The notes under the pieces: model-generated
What the model was told of the DNA's origin: nothing
Databases searched by the model: none
The model's input: only the letters and a program-made list of their open reading frames with translations
Shown here: one piece after another, positions 10,096 to 21,153 of the stretch
Layout: the number at the start of each line of letters is the position of its first letter
Numbering within the stretch: position 1 is the stretch's first letter
From: Paraspadella gotoi
Taxonomy: Eukaryota; Animalia; Chaetognatha
DNA length: 64,000 bases
Direction of reading: 5' to 3'
NCBI GenBank assembly: GCA_051294375.1
Contig: CM119265.1
Location: 22,964,099-23,028,098, forward strand
Program-made: the position numbers and the translations under genes

Positions 10096-13000
10096 CTTGG
10101 TAATACAGATGAATGTTTAGAAATTCGTGAGAATAGATGTGGAAAAAGAGAAAAAAAGAGAGAAGAAAGGAAAGTGGGGAAAGGAAAGGGAGTTAAGGAA
10201 ATGTGGAAAGGAAAGGGAGATATGAAAGGGAGGAAAGAAAAGGGAGAAAGAAAAGAGAGAAAAATACAAAAAGAAAGAAGAAAAGAAAGACTATAGAAGA
10301 AAGATGGATACAACCAAACGACAACGAAAATCATGACAGAAACAAAGAAAGAAATGAATTTAAGTAGGGGTAGCCGCACTCAATGGGTGAGTAAAAATTT
10401 AGAGTGAGTACATTCTCAAACGAATATTTAGACATTTTTAAGAATACTTTCAATGGACAAAAAATTTCTAATATGGCTCTATACCTAGTAATTATTTTTT
10501 AATATTTATTTATAGATAGGAAAGGCCAAAAATTTTTTTTTGAATTTTAAATTTTAAGACCAGATTCAGATAGCTCATAAAAAGTTGTCTACACAAAGTA
10601 TAATTCTTTTTTAAATATTTTTACGATAAGTCGTGTCAAAAATAAGAAAAACCATAAAAAATCATCATCATCATCATCTTTCGATGATTTTATTAGTTTT
10701 TTTATATTTTCACCTAGAAAACGTAAAGAATTTTTAAAGCTGTAATTATTTTCTTGTTTAACTTTTTATGCTCTATCAAATCCATCAAAAAATTTTAAGA
10801 TTTTTTAAAAATTTTTTTTCCTCTATATAGTAATATAATATTTTTAATTAGGCTAGTACCCTCAGAAAGAAAGCATTTTGACAAAAAAAATTTTAATACC
10901 ATAATCTATGGTCATGATAGATTATTTTAACGCTGTATACATTAGCATTTAAATTTCATCGGCTAGGCTAATTTAAGCTCAGCCAAGCGCGAGCGAAAAG
11001 TAAACAAACAAACAATCGCGCAAAAAAAAGGAGAAAAAAAAAGATGCCAATGGTTAACGATAGCGAAGCGAACGAGAATGGGAGAGAGAGATAGGCCGGG
11101 CGATCATTAAAACAAAAGAACTCCGGTTAAACAGAAAAGAAATAAAATGGAGATAAGGGGAGATAAAATGCACGTGAAATTGAGGGGGGAGATAAAATGA
11201 GAGCGAACAAAAGAGATGGGGTGATTAGGAATAAGAGCGGGATATAAGAAGGGGAGATAAAGATGAAATAGAATAAGGTTGGCGTTTTCTTAATTAAAAC
11301 ATGGGTTTAAAAAATTAACGGTTGAAAATATAATTATATAAAAAAGTTTCGAGGTAATTACAAAAAGAGGGGGAAGAGGGAAAGGGCTGATAAAATTGAG
11401 GGCGAGCAAAGGAAGGGAGGAAAAGAAAAAAATGTGAAGGAACAAAACGCGGGCGTGAATTCGCGAGAAGAAAAGAAAAAGATCCAGCTTCGCCCGTCAG
11501 CGAGTTCATTCAAGTTGAGAGATAATCTTCTAAAAAAAATAAGAAAATCAAAGTGAAAAATGTAACCATTATACAGTATGACAAACAAGGGAGATAGAAA
11601 TGGGGAGAGGAGGGAGAAATGGAAAGAGAAGGAGAGAAGAATAAAGATATTTTTAGTTAAGAAAAGCAGTTCTTCCCGAATCGTCAACACATTAATAACG
11701 ATAGATCGAATGAAGCTGCGTTTCCTATAATCACTATTTTTCAAAATGCGTCAGCCAATGTCATGGGAATGAAAGGGCTGGAGCAAAGTGAGGACGATCG
11801 AAACCATATTCATCAGGATAAGGATGCACCGTTTTTTCCTATCAAATCGGCTCTGATAAAAGACACTATATTGTATTCGAAATATTTTCATGATTGAAAA
11901 AGCATTAATTATCTTATTTGATAACACAAAACGTTTAATGAAAGCTATCGGTTCTTTCAATTTTGATCAATGTATGAAGTATTGATTACTTAACAGGTAG
12001 AGCGGGTTTAGGTTTCTTCATTATGCAATTTAAAGTCCCTATAAAAAATGTGACACCTTGAGTCCCAAAGAGAAAAATTATTATTTAATATAAATATTTA
12101 TATATAGCGAAATAATTTTTAAGAAAGATTCTATAAAAAGTATAATTTTTAATAATAGATTTAAGGCAAGTTTAGTAGATAATAAAGTTTTAATAATTTA
12201 TTTAATAATATAACATAATAATAATCAAAAAATTTTTTATATAAATACTATAAAAAATAAAGAAATAATAATTTTTAATTATTTATATATTTATTATATA
12301 TTTATTATTTTATTATCTAAATATTATTTTTAAATTATTTTTATTAAATTTTATTTTATATTATGTAAATTAAAATTATTTATAATATATTAGAACGATT
12401 TGAAAATCAGAGACAGCGCGGTTAAGCTAGTACATGCCAGGATATTGTTGGATCAAGACTCGTTTTAAAGAATGATCGTTAGCATTTGCATCTTTGCGGA
12501 TACTAACGGATTTCTTGAATTTGCAGAGTAATGTTCCTGACTACAGATTAACATCGAAGTTTTTACGTGCTCATCCACAATTTAAAGGCAAGAGTTCAGA
12601 GAGACTAAAGCTTTCCAAAACGCCTTTCATGTATCTTTCTTCGCCCGTTTGTTTTTTAAATTTGTCACTCGCTTGTGTTTACATCAAATCTTTTTTAATG
12701 GAAGCAAAAAACTCGCTGAGCGGAGAAACTTAATAGTATGAAGTAATTAAAAGTCTGAAAGAGAAAAGAGTAGTATGTTATTGGGTTGAGATGAGTAAAA
12801 TGAGAAAATGAATTAAGTTTTATTATAGAAAAGAATTAACAAAGTGATAAATTTTACAGAACTGAGCGACGCGGAAGTAATTAAATAATGAATTGGTATC
12901 TAATCAAAAGAGGAAGATAAAAAAAAATAGAAAGAAGAAAGAACTAAGAGATTGGAGAGAAGAAAGACTAAGATGCGAGAATAAGAAAGAGAAAATACCG

Positions 13001-13999
13001 ACTCTCCCCCCCCCCTCTCGCAAAAAAAAAGGGGGGGTTTCTTCATCGGAATCACAGAGAAGATGGCACCGGATGGACGCCGGCGTCGAAATGGTGCCGG
13101 ATCGAGCGCGCTCGACGCCGCAATCGAAACCGAAAATGGATGAAAGCAAAACAGAACCTTTGGCCTTCGAATTCCGGCGGAAGATAGAAGGGTCTCCGCG
13201 AAAGTGGCGGCGGAAGCGGAGGCGCCGAAAGAGGGGGCCGGCGGACAGGCGAACGGAGCGAAAAGCGGAAGCGAAAGCGGGGGGAACTGCGGTGGCGGCG
13301 GTGGGAAGAGAGTAACAAAAAGAATGAAATTAGCGGCGGCTGATTTACGGCAGGGAATCCGAATCAACGACCCTCTCTCTCTCTCTCTCTCTCCTCTCTT
13401 CCTCTCTCTCTCTCTCTCTTCCTCTCTCTCCTTTCTTTCTTCTCTCTGGGGTCCGTTTTCGCGTAGGATGGTTGTAAACAACGCCCGATCCCATCATTTT
13501 TCATAAGCGAATCACGAGGTTTCTCACGAGCGATAAACTTTATATAACTTTTCGAAATTCCTGGGTTCTCTCGCTCTGTCTCGCTAGGAACTAAGAAACT
13601 AATTGGAAAACTGAAAGTAGAAATTTTTGTTATCCGAATCCTTAGTCAACTCACATTACAAGGTCAAAATCAATGTTTTAAATGTAATTACTTTCGCGGC
13701 ATTCAACTTTTAATGAGTGGTTAAATTAGAGCAATATAATTTGAGAAGCTTTGGATTATTTATTTAGTCAATTAGAGAAAGAGAAAAAATTGAATTCGCG
13801 AGTTTATGTACAATTTAAGAGACAAGGAAAAAATAAAACAACAATGCAAGCACTAACAGTAACCCAATCTTCTAAATCCGTCAGATGTCGAAAAGAGTCT
13901 TGAATCGCAAAATCAAATTCAACAAAAGACGTCTTTTTCTTGTGTCCATATTGTGTTTCTCCCCTAAAGTTTGTATAAACTCGAGATTCTCTATCTGCT

Positions 14000-14128
14000 T
14001 TCGCGATTGGTCATCGGCGCCTAACCTTCGAAAAAAGCGCTCTCATTGGTCCGTCGGCCGTTAACGGCACGAGTCCTCGCGATTGGGAGAGAACGCAACG
14101 CCATTGGCGTTCGGCGTTTCATGAGGGC

Positions 14129-14179
<51 letters not shown>

Positions 14180-14215
14180 GGAGAGAGAAGAGAAAGAAAG
14201 AGAGAGAGAAAGAAA

Positions 14216-14255
<40 letters not shown>

Positions 14256-14494
14256 ATTTGCACTTTGCAAGATGGAGTTTGCCACGACGCTTGGGTTTTT
14301 TCATGTCGACGGCGATGGGCGTGGGGTTCGACATGGAATCGCAGGCGTTGATGACTGACCGGTTCGTTGGTCGACATTGCTCGGGAGAATAAATTCGTAT
14401 AATGTTATAATTTCTAAACAAAATTGTACAACAATAGTAATTAAAGAATTTTTGCTTGTATCATTAGTTTTTATTTCGCGAAAGAGCAAAACAG
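14000..14494 (+). promoter_or_regulatory. Putative promoter and non-coding first exon of the two-TM gene (mirror copy ~20836-21290, minus)
   Basis: Four ATTGG boxes (14006, 14045, 14082, 14103) in a CpG-rich patch, then a strong donor CAG|GTAAGA at 14494/14495 upstream of the ATG exon. Confidence 0.5.
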
Positions 14495-15213
14495 GTAAGA
14501 ATTGCTTGACAGAGTTACTTTGTGCTTTCATCTTTTTTGTGTATTGGTTTAATGTTTATAGACCTAATAATAAGTCCTAGTATGTATGTTTATTTACCAT
14601 CCCCAATCACTCAGAGGTCATTGACCATTTTTATTCCTAACTCGTTTCTCTCTTTTTAGTCGAACGAATCTTCGATTTCGTCGTCGCTGACTTTTTTCTT
14701 TTGCTTCATTCGTCTTCCATTCTTCGCCAGAGGCCTTAGCGAATTGACGAGGAGTTTGGGAGTTGAAGTCGTCAAGATTTGAGATTTGGAGTTGAGACAC
14801 CGACTGAGATTTATACTTCTTGCATCGGAGATTAAAGGATTCTATTTGACAGACCTTATTTAGTATTATGACATAGAACGTTCTTGAAGGAAGATTAAAA
14901 CGTCAATGTTTGCTCCAACTTTGTCAACGCCTGCTCAAATCTATGCAACGATCGATCGCTAATCCTGAAAACCCTTCTTCTCTTAAATATCGCCCACCCC
15001 TTTTTACGCAACGCCTCATTGCTGCAATCGACCCTCTTTTGCTACAATTTTCGTAGCATGAGGATCTTCGACTTTCAGCATTCATAGTTCGACAAATCGC
15101 TTATGACAACGCTCCTCCGTCAGCCCTATCCACTCCCGCTCCAGTTACCAAACTTACAACCCTACTTAACTTACCGCTACACCATCCAGCCCGACTAGAA
15201 ACCTTCCAAAAAG

Positions 15214-15367
15214 ATGCCGGATAAGGTGGCCCGAAACTTCTCATGGTAGGGACGGTCCTGAAATGCTCCTGCGGCATTTACCTCATCATCGCCGCCGCCG
15301 TTGTCCTTATACCGTCGCGATCATGACCGCCGTTGGCTTTCAGGAGCTCAAACATCTTCCTTCTATG
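15214..15367 (+). CDS. First coding exon of the two-TM gene, left-arm copy with two 1-nt deletions
   Basis: 154 nt versus 156 nt for the intact mirror copy at 19959-20114. Ends ATG|GTGAGT. Confidence 0.6.
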
Positions 15368-15816
15368 GTGAGTGGGTGGTAGGGAGAGGGTTCGATTGTT
15401 CGTCGGAAGCGCTAATCGCTTAAATCTCATTTGCATGTTGCGGATAGTGAAATTAACGTTTAGTTTTTAAATTTCCCTTTTTTTTTTAGCTCTTTTGAAA
15501 ACTCAAATTTTAAAAAAATTAAACAATTCTGTCTTTTCTTATTTTAAATATCGTCCATTTAAAGTCAGAAAGATTAAGTAGATGATAATAGATTTCCAGC
15601 AACGGGAACTTTTCGTCATTATGTTAAATTTGTCCTATAAGTAGTAAAAACTGAGGTTAAGTCGAAAAATTCACTTTTTAATATAAGTAGCAGTTCCTGT
15701 ATCTGATTACGTTAATTAAAATGGGATTAAAATATTAAATTATTATAATATCCTTGGTGTTTAGTGATTAGCGAAAACTAAGTTTGAATTGTTCAACAAC
15801 GATTTTTATTATTTAT

Positions 15817-15857
15817 AACAGACATGTTTCGACTCAATTCGAGTCTTCATCAGCGTT
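15817..15857 (-). ncRNA. Minimal type I hammerhead ribozyme (PLE-type)
   Basis: Minus strand reads aacg CTGATGA a gactc gaatt gagtc GAAA c at GTC tgtt: 4-bp stem I including one G-U, 5-bp stem II, palindromic minimal stem III. Confidence 0.8.
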
Positions 15858-15932
15858 TTTTAGGTTTTGACAGAATAGTGAAATTTTGTGCAAAAAAGTA
15901 AATGAACACTGTGAACACTGTTCACTGAACAG

Positions 15933-16200
15933 TAGGCCGGAACAGGTTGAAAACTAGAAGTTCTCTTAAATAAATAATGGTTTAGTAACTGTTAGAGAAT
16001 AGGTTCTTAAAAAATAAAATTTAACACAATAAGATTTTATCATTTCTTACGTATTAATAAATATTTAAAAGCTTTAGTGCAACAACCCAATGAACTAATT
16101 CAAAAGTTGCATTGAAAATCGATTTAGTAACAGAAAGAAACAAGAAATGTTTTTGAGAGAACTAAAAGATATAAAAAGTGTTCAATTTTGGTCCGCCTTA
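15933..16200. mobile_element. hAT-type MITE, 268 bp, 8-bp TSD
   Basis: TSD CTGAACAG at 15925-15932 and 16201-16208. Imperfect TIRs taggccggaac / ggtccgcctta. Confidence 0.85.
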
Positions 16201-16708
16201 CTGAACAGGTTACTTGCTCGAGTGAAGCTTCATGAAACCGATATGACTTCTCTGAAAAGGTGACCCGTGATATGTCTTATCTTACAATTGCTTTTGTACT
16301 TAATTAAAAATATTTGGGTGGTCTTAATGTCCTAGTGACTTGGCTTGAAAGGCGAGGGACTACTTGACTCTCAAAGCTCTCTTGGGTGGCGGACAGAGGC
16401 TGCAGCAAGAATGTTGCTTTATGAAAGGGTGAGGAAAGATAGAGGAAGAGATGGAGAGAGGGGGAGGAGGGTAGGGAATTGGAGGGGAAGAGAGGGGAGG
16501 GCAGTAATTGAGAAGAAGAGAGGGGAGAGGAGAGCAGGGGAGGATGACATGGAATTGGGAAGGGGAGAAAGAGAGGAAGATGAGGAGGAGGAGGAGGCTA
16601 GGGAATTGGGAAGAGAGGAGAGAGGAAGAGAGGAAGAGAGGGGAGGAGTGGAGGAATAATTGGAAGGGGAGGAAAAAGGGGAGGTGATTCGGTTTTTCCT
16701 TGTCCATG

Positions 16709-16866
16709 TTTGCTTGAGCCTCCCGTCTTCTTTTGCCATCCGAAAGGGATGTTCCCGCTGGCGCGCGTGGAGGTACTGTACTGCTAGCACCAATCCTTCG
16801 TTCGGTCCGTCCAAAGACCTAAAATCCTCTCTGGCCAGATTCCGGTTTCTCCCTCGCCCAAGCAAA
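16709..16866 (-). other. Structured RNA candidate with an HDV-like ribozyme 3' half (mirror of 18465-18620)
   Basis: Reverse-complement copy of 18465-18620 with small indels. Confidence 0.3.
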
Positions 16867-16958
16867 AGACCGACTCGTGTAAATGTGTTTGCTTAGTGTA
16901 TTGAGGCAAACAAAAGATTTCACCGTTGGTAGAAACTAAGTGATCTGTGGCAGGGATC

Positions 16959-17468
16959 GGGTGGTAATTTCGACCGTTTTGGTCTCTCTTTCCGAGAGTG
17001 CCCTATTTTCTGTTCTTTTATTAAAAAAAAATAATTTTAACCATCATTTTGCACTGATAAAGACTCGCAAAAAAATAAGAGTCAAAACATTCTCCTTTAA
17101 CTCTAAAAAAAATGTTGTGTAACAAATAAACTTTGCTTTCTCAATCTAAATTGTAATATTTAATAGAAATATATTTTTAAATCTAGAACCTATTCCCTAA
17201 CCATAATCCCTAACCATAAGCCCTAACCCTAACCTATTCCTAACCCTTAACCTAAATCAATAATTTTTTAACTCTCATGTTTAACCCTAAGCCCTAGTCT
17301 CTAACCAAAATCCTTACACCTAATCATTGGCCCGTCTCTAACCTTAATAATTAACCTAATTCCTAACTTATTCCTTAACCCTGATCCCCAATATAATCCT
17401 TAACTAAAAAAGATTATTATATTAGATTAAATTTGGCGTTGCGGGAAAATAAGGCGGATTAATCGTCC
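16959..17468. mobile_element. MITE-like element with a degenerate CCCTAA/CCTAA core (mirror 17859-18371)
   Basis: Core ~17195-17390 (ccctaaccataagccctaaccctaacc...). Ends resemble those of the element at 34700-35052. Confidence 0.5.
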
Positions 17469-17487
17469 TTTGAATTTTTCATTGCAG

Positions 17488-17605
17488 AACAAAACTCTGA
17501 TGGCGAAGATGGCGAATATGACGCGAAATGAGATCATCTTGCAGAACAACAAGAGACGACAGGATCAGTTTCACAGATCTCTCAACACCGGCGTAGGAGT
17601 TATAG
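17488..17605 (+). CDS. Second coding exon of the two-TM gene (complete only in the left arm)
   Basis: ttgcag acceptor, 118 nt encoding NKTLMAKMANMTRNEIILQNNKRRQDQFHRSLNTGVGVI+G, donor G|GTTAAA. Phase 0 in and phase 1 out, matching the flanking exons. Confidence 0.75.
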
Positions 17606-17636
17606 GTTAAAAGGGAGGGACTGGAGAGAGAGAGAG

Positions 17637-17711
<75 letters not shown>

Positions 17712-17771
17712 AGAGAGAGAAATTTAAGGATTAGTGAAAACTGACCNNNNNNNNNNNNNNNNNNNNNNNNN

Positions 17772-17840
17772 TCTCTTGTTGTTCTGCAAGATGATCTCAT
17801 TTCGCGTCATATTCGCCATCTTCGCCATCAGAGTTTTGTT
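17772..17840 (-). CDS. Second coding exon of the two-TM gene, right-arm copy truncated by an N gap
   Basis: Reverse complement of 17488-17556, with acceptor CAG at 17841-17843. Confidence 0.7.
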
Positions 17841-18464
17841 CTGCAATGAAAAATTCAAGGACGATTAATCCGCCTTATTTTCCCGCAACGCCAAATTTAA
17901 TCTTAATATAATAATCTTTTTTAGTTAAGGATTATATTGGGGATCAGGGTTAAGGAATAAGTTAGGAATTAGGTTAATTATTAAGGTTAGAGACTGGGCC
18001 AATGATTAGGTGTAAGGATTTTGGTTAGAGACTAGGGCTTAGGGTTAAACATGAGAGTTAAAAATTATTGATTTAGGGTTAAGGGTTAGGAATAGGTTAG
18101 GGTTAGGGCTTATGGTTAGGGATTATGGTTAGGGAATAGGTTCTAGATTTAAAAATATATTTCTATTAAATATTACAATTTAGAATTAGAGAAAGCAAAG
18201 TTTATTTGTTACAACATTTTTTTTAGAGTTAAAGGAGAAATGTTTTGACTCTTATTTTTTTGCGAGTCTTTATCAGTGCAAAATGATGGTTAAAATTATT
18301 TTTTTTAATAAAAGAACAGAAATAGGGCACTCTCGGAAAAGAGAGACCAAAACGGTCGAAATTACCACCCGATCCCTGCCACAATCACTTAGTTTCTACC
18401 AAACGGTGAAATCTTTTGTTTGCCTCAAATACACTAACGCAAACACATTTACACGAGTCGGTCT

Positions 18465-18620
18465 TTTGCTTGGGCGAGGGAGAAACCGGAAATCTGGCCA
18501 GAGAGGATTTTAGGTCTTTGGACGGACCGAACGAAGGATGTGCAAGCAGTACAGTACCTCCACGCGGCGCCAGCGGGAACATCCTTTCGGATGGCAAAAG
18601 AGACGGGAGGCTCAAGCAAA
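18465..18620 (+). other. Structured RNA candidate with an HDV-like ribozyme 3' half
   Basis: Closed by an 11-bp stem tttgcttgggc/gctcaagcaaa. Contains ACC-TCCACGC-GG (P3/L3-like), cgccagc, GG, hairpin catcc-tttc-ggatg (P4-like) and GCAAAA (J4/2-like). P2 is not resolved in canonical order. Confidence 0.3.
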
Positions 18621-19135
18621 CATGGACAAGGAAAAACCGAATCACCTCCCCTTTTTCCTCCCCTTCCCAATTTCCTCCACTCCTCCCCTCTCTTCCTCTC
18701 TTCCTCTCTCCTCTCTTCCCAATTCCTCCTCCTCCTCCCCTCTCTTCCTCTCTTTCTCCCCTTCCCAATTCCTGTCTCCTCCCCTCTCTTCCTTCTCCCT
18801 CTCTTCTCCTCTTCCAATTCCTGCCCTCCTCCCCCTCTCTCTCTCTCCCCCTTCCCAATTCCCTACCCTCCTCCCACTCTCTCCATCTCTTCCTCTATCT
18901 TTCCTCACCCTTTATAAGCAACATTCTTGCTGCAGCCTCTGTCCGCCACCCAAGAGAAGCTTTGAGAGTCAAGTAGTCCCTCGCCTTTCAAGTCAAGTCA
19001 CTGAGGACATTAGACCACCCAAATATTTTTAATTAAGTACAAAAGCAATTGTAAGATAAGACATATCACGGGTCACCTTTTCAGAGAAGTCATATCGGTT
19101 TCATGAAGCTTCACTCGAGCAAGTAACCTGTTCAG

Positions 19136-19404
19136 TAAGGCGGACCGAAATTGAACACTTTTTATATCTTTTAGTTCTCTCAAAAACATTTCTTGTTTCT
19201 TTCTGTTACTAAATCGATTTACAATGCAACTTTTGGAATTAGTTCATTGGGTTGTTGCACTAAAGCTTTTAAATATTTATTAATACGTAAGAAATGATAA
19301 AATCTTATTGTGTTAAATTTTATTTTTTAAGAACCTATTCTCTAACAGTTACTAAACCATTATTTATTTAAGAGAACTTCTAGTTTTCAACCTGTTCCGG
19401 CCTA
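19136..19404. mobile_element. hAT-type MITE (mirror copy of 15933-16200)
   Basis: TSD CTGTTCAG on both sides, same TIRs. Confidence 0.85.
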
Positions 19405-19478
19405 CTGTTCAGTGAACAGTGTTCACAGTGTTCATTTACTTTTTGCACAAAATTTCACTATTCTGTCAAAACCTAAAA

Positions 19479-19520
19479 AACGCTGATGAAGACTCGAATA
19501 TGAGTCGAAACATGTCTGTT
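19479..19520 (+). ncRNA. Minimal hammerhead ribozyme (mirror copy of 15817-15857)
   Basis: aacg CTGATGA a gactc gaatat gagtc GAAA cat GTC tgtt. Confidence 0.8.
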
Positions 19521-19958
19521 ATAAATAATAAAAATCGTTGTTGAACAATTCAAACTTAGTTTTCGCTAATCACTAAACACAAGGATTATTATAATAATTT
19601 AATATTTTAATCCCATTTTAATTAACGTAATCAGATACAGGAACTGCTACAATTAAGGAATTTTTCGACTTAACCTCAGTTTTACTACTTATAGGACAAA
19701 ATTTAACATAATGACGAAAAGTTCCCGTTGCTGGAAATCTATTATCATCTACTTAATCTTTCTGATTTTAAATGGACGATATTTAAATAAGAAAAGACAG
19801 GATTGTTTAATTTTTTTAAATTTGAGTTTTCAAAAGAGCTAAAAAAAAAAGGGAAATTTAAAAACTAAACGTTAATTTCACTACCGCAACATGCAAATGA
19901 GATTAAGCGATTAGCGGCTTCCGACGAACAATCGACCCTCTCCCTACCACCCACTCAC

Positions 19959-20114
19959 CATAGAAGGAAGATGTTTGAGCTCCTGAAAGCCAACGGCGGT
20001 CATGATCGCCGACGGTATAAGGACAACGGCGGCGGCGATGATGAGGTAAATGCCGCAGGAGCATTTCAGGACCGTCCCTACCATGGAGAAGTTTCGGGCC
20101 ACCTTATCCGGCAT
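19959..20114 (-). CDS. First coding exon of the two-TM gene (intact copy)
   Basis: 156 nt encoding MPDKVARNFSMVGTVLKCSCGIYLIIAAAVVLIPSAIMTAVGFQELKHLPSM. In-frame upstream stop, A-rich start context, donor GTGAGT. Contains TM1. Confidence 0.8.
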
Positions 20115-21118
20115 CTTTTTGGAAGGTTTCTAGGTCGGGCTGGATGGTGTAGCGGGTAAGTTAAGTAGGGTTGTAAGTTGGTAACTGGAGCGGGAGTGGA
20201 TAGGGCTGACGGAGGAGCGTTGTCATAAGCGATTTGTCGGAACTATGAATGCTGAAAGTCGAAGATCCTCATGCTACGAAAATTGTAGCAAAAGAAGGTC
20301 GATTGCAGCAATGAGGCGTTGCGTAAAAAGGGGTGGGCGATATTTAAGAGAAGAAAGGTTTTCAGGATTAGCGATCGATCGTTGCATAGATTTGAGCAGG
20401 CGTTGACAAAGTTGGAGCAAACATTGACGTTTTAATCTTCCTTCAAGAACGTTCTATGTCATAATACTAAATAAGGTCTGTCAAATAGAATCCTTTAATC
20501 TCCGATGCAAGAAGTATAAATCTCAGTCGGTGTCTCAACTCCAAATCTCAAATCTTGACGACTTCAACTCCCAAACTCCTCGTCAATTCGCTAAGGCCTC
20601 TGGCGAAGATGGAAGACGAATGAAGCAAAAGAAAAAAGTCAGCGACGACGAAATCGAAGATTCGTTCGACTAAAAGAGAAGAAACGAGTTAGGAATAAAA
20701 ATGGTCAATGACCTCTGAGTGATTGGGGATGTAAATAAACATACATACTAGGACTTATTATTAGGTCTATAAACATTAAAACCAATACACAAAAAAGATG
20801 AAAGCATCAAAGTAACTCTGTCAAGCAATTCTTACCTGTTTTGCTCTTTCGCGAAATAAAAACTAATGATACAAGCAAAATTCTTTAATTACTATTGTTG
20901 TACAATTTTGTTTAGAAATTATAACATTATACGAATTTATTCTCCCGAGCAATGTCGACCAACGAACCGGTCAGTCATCAACGCCTGCGATTCCATGTCG
21001 AACCCACGCCCATCGCCGTCGACATGAAAAAACCCAAGCGTCGTGGCAAACTCCATCTTGCAAAGTGCAATGTCGCCTCTCTCTCTCTCTCTCTCTCTCN
21101 NNNNNNNNNNNNNNNNNN

Positions 21119-21153
<35 letters not shown>

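Larger units (their letters stand above)
10141..17556. repeat. Left arm of a ~7-kb inverted duplication (mirror of 17772-24352)
   Basis: Reverse-complement identity with scattered 1-nt indels, e.g. 17488-17556 vs 17772-17840, 15214-15367 vs 19959-20114, 10141-10400 vs ~24090-24352. About 11700-12580 has no counterpart in the right arm. Confidence 0.95.

Noticed and set aside
11751-11960. 69-aa minus-strand ORF with a CTGATGA motif near 11811-11817
   Set aside because: AT-rich, no splice support, and no stem II/GAAA to complete a hammerhead.
17195-18140. Head-to-head telomeric repeats suggesting a chromosome fusion or hairpin telomere
   Set aside because: The repeats are degenerate, lie inside an intronic MITE-like element, and the symmetry comes from the inverted duplication.
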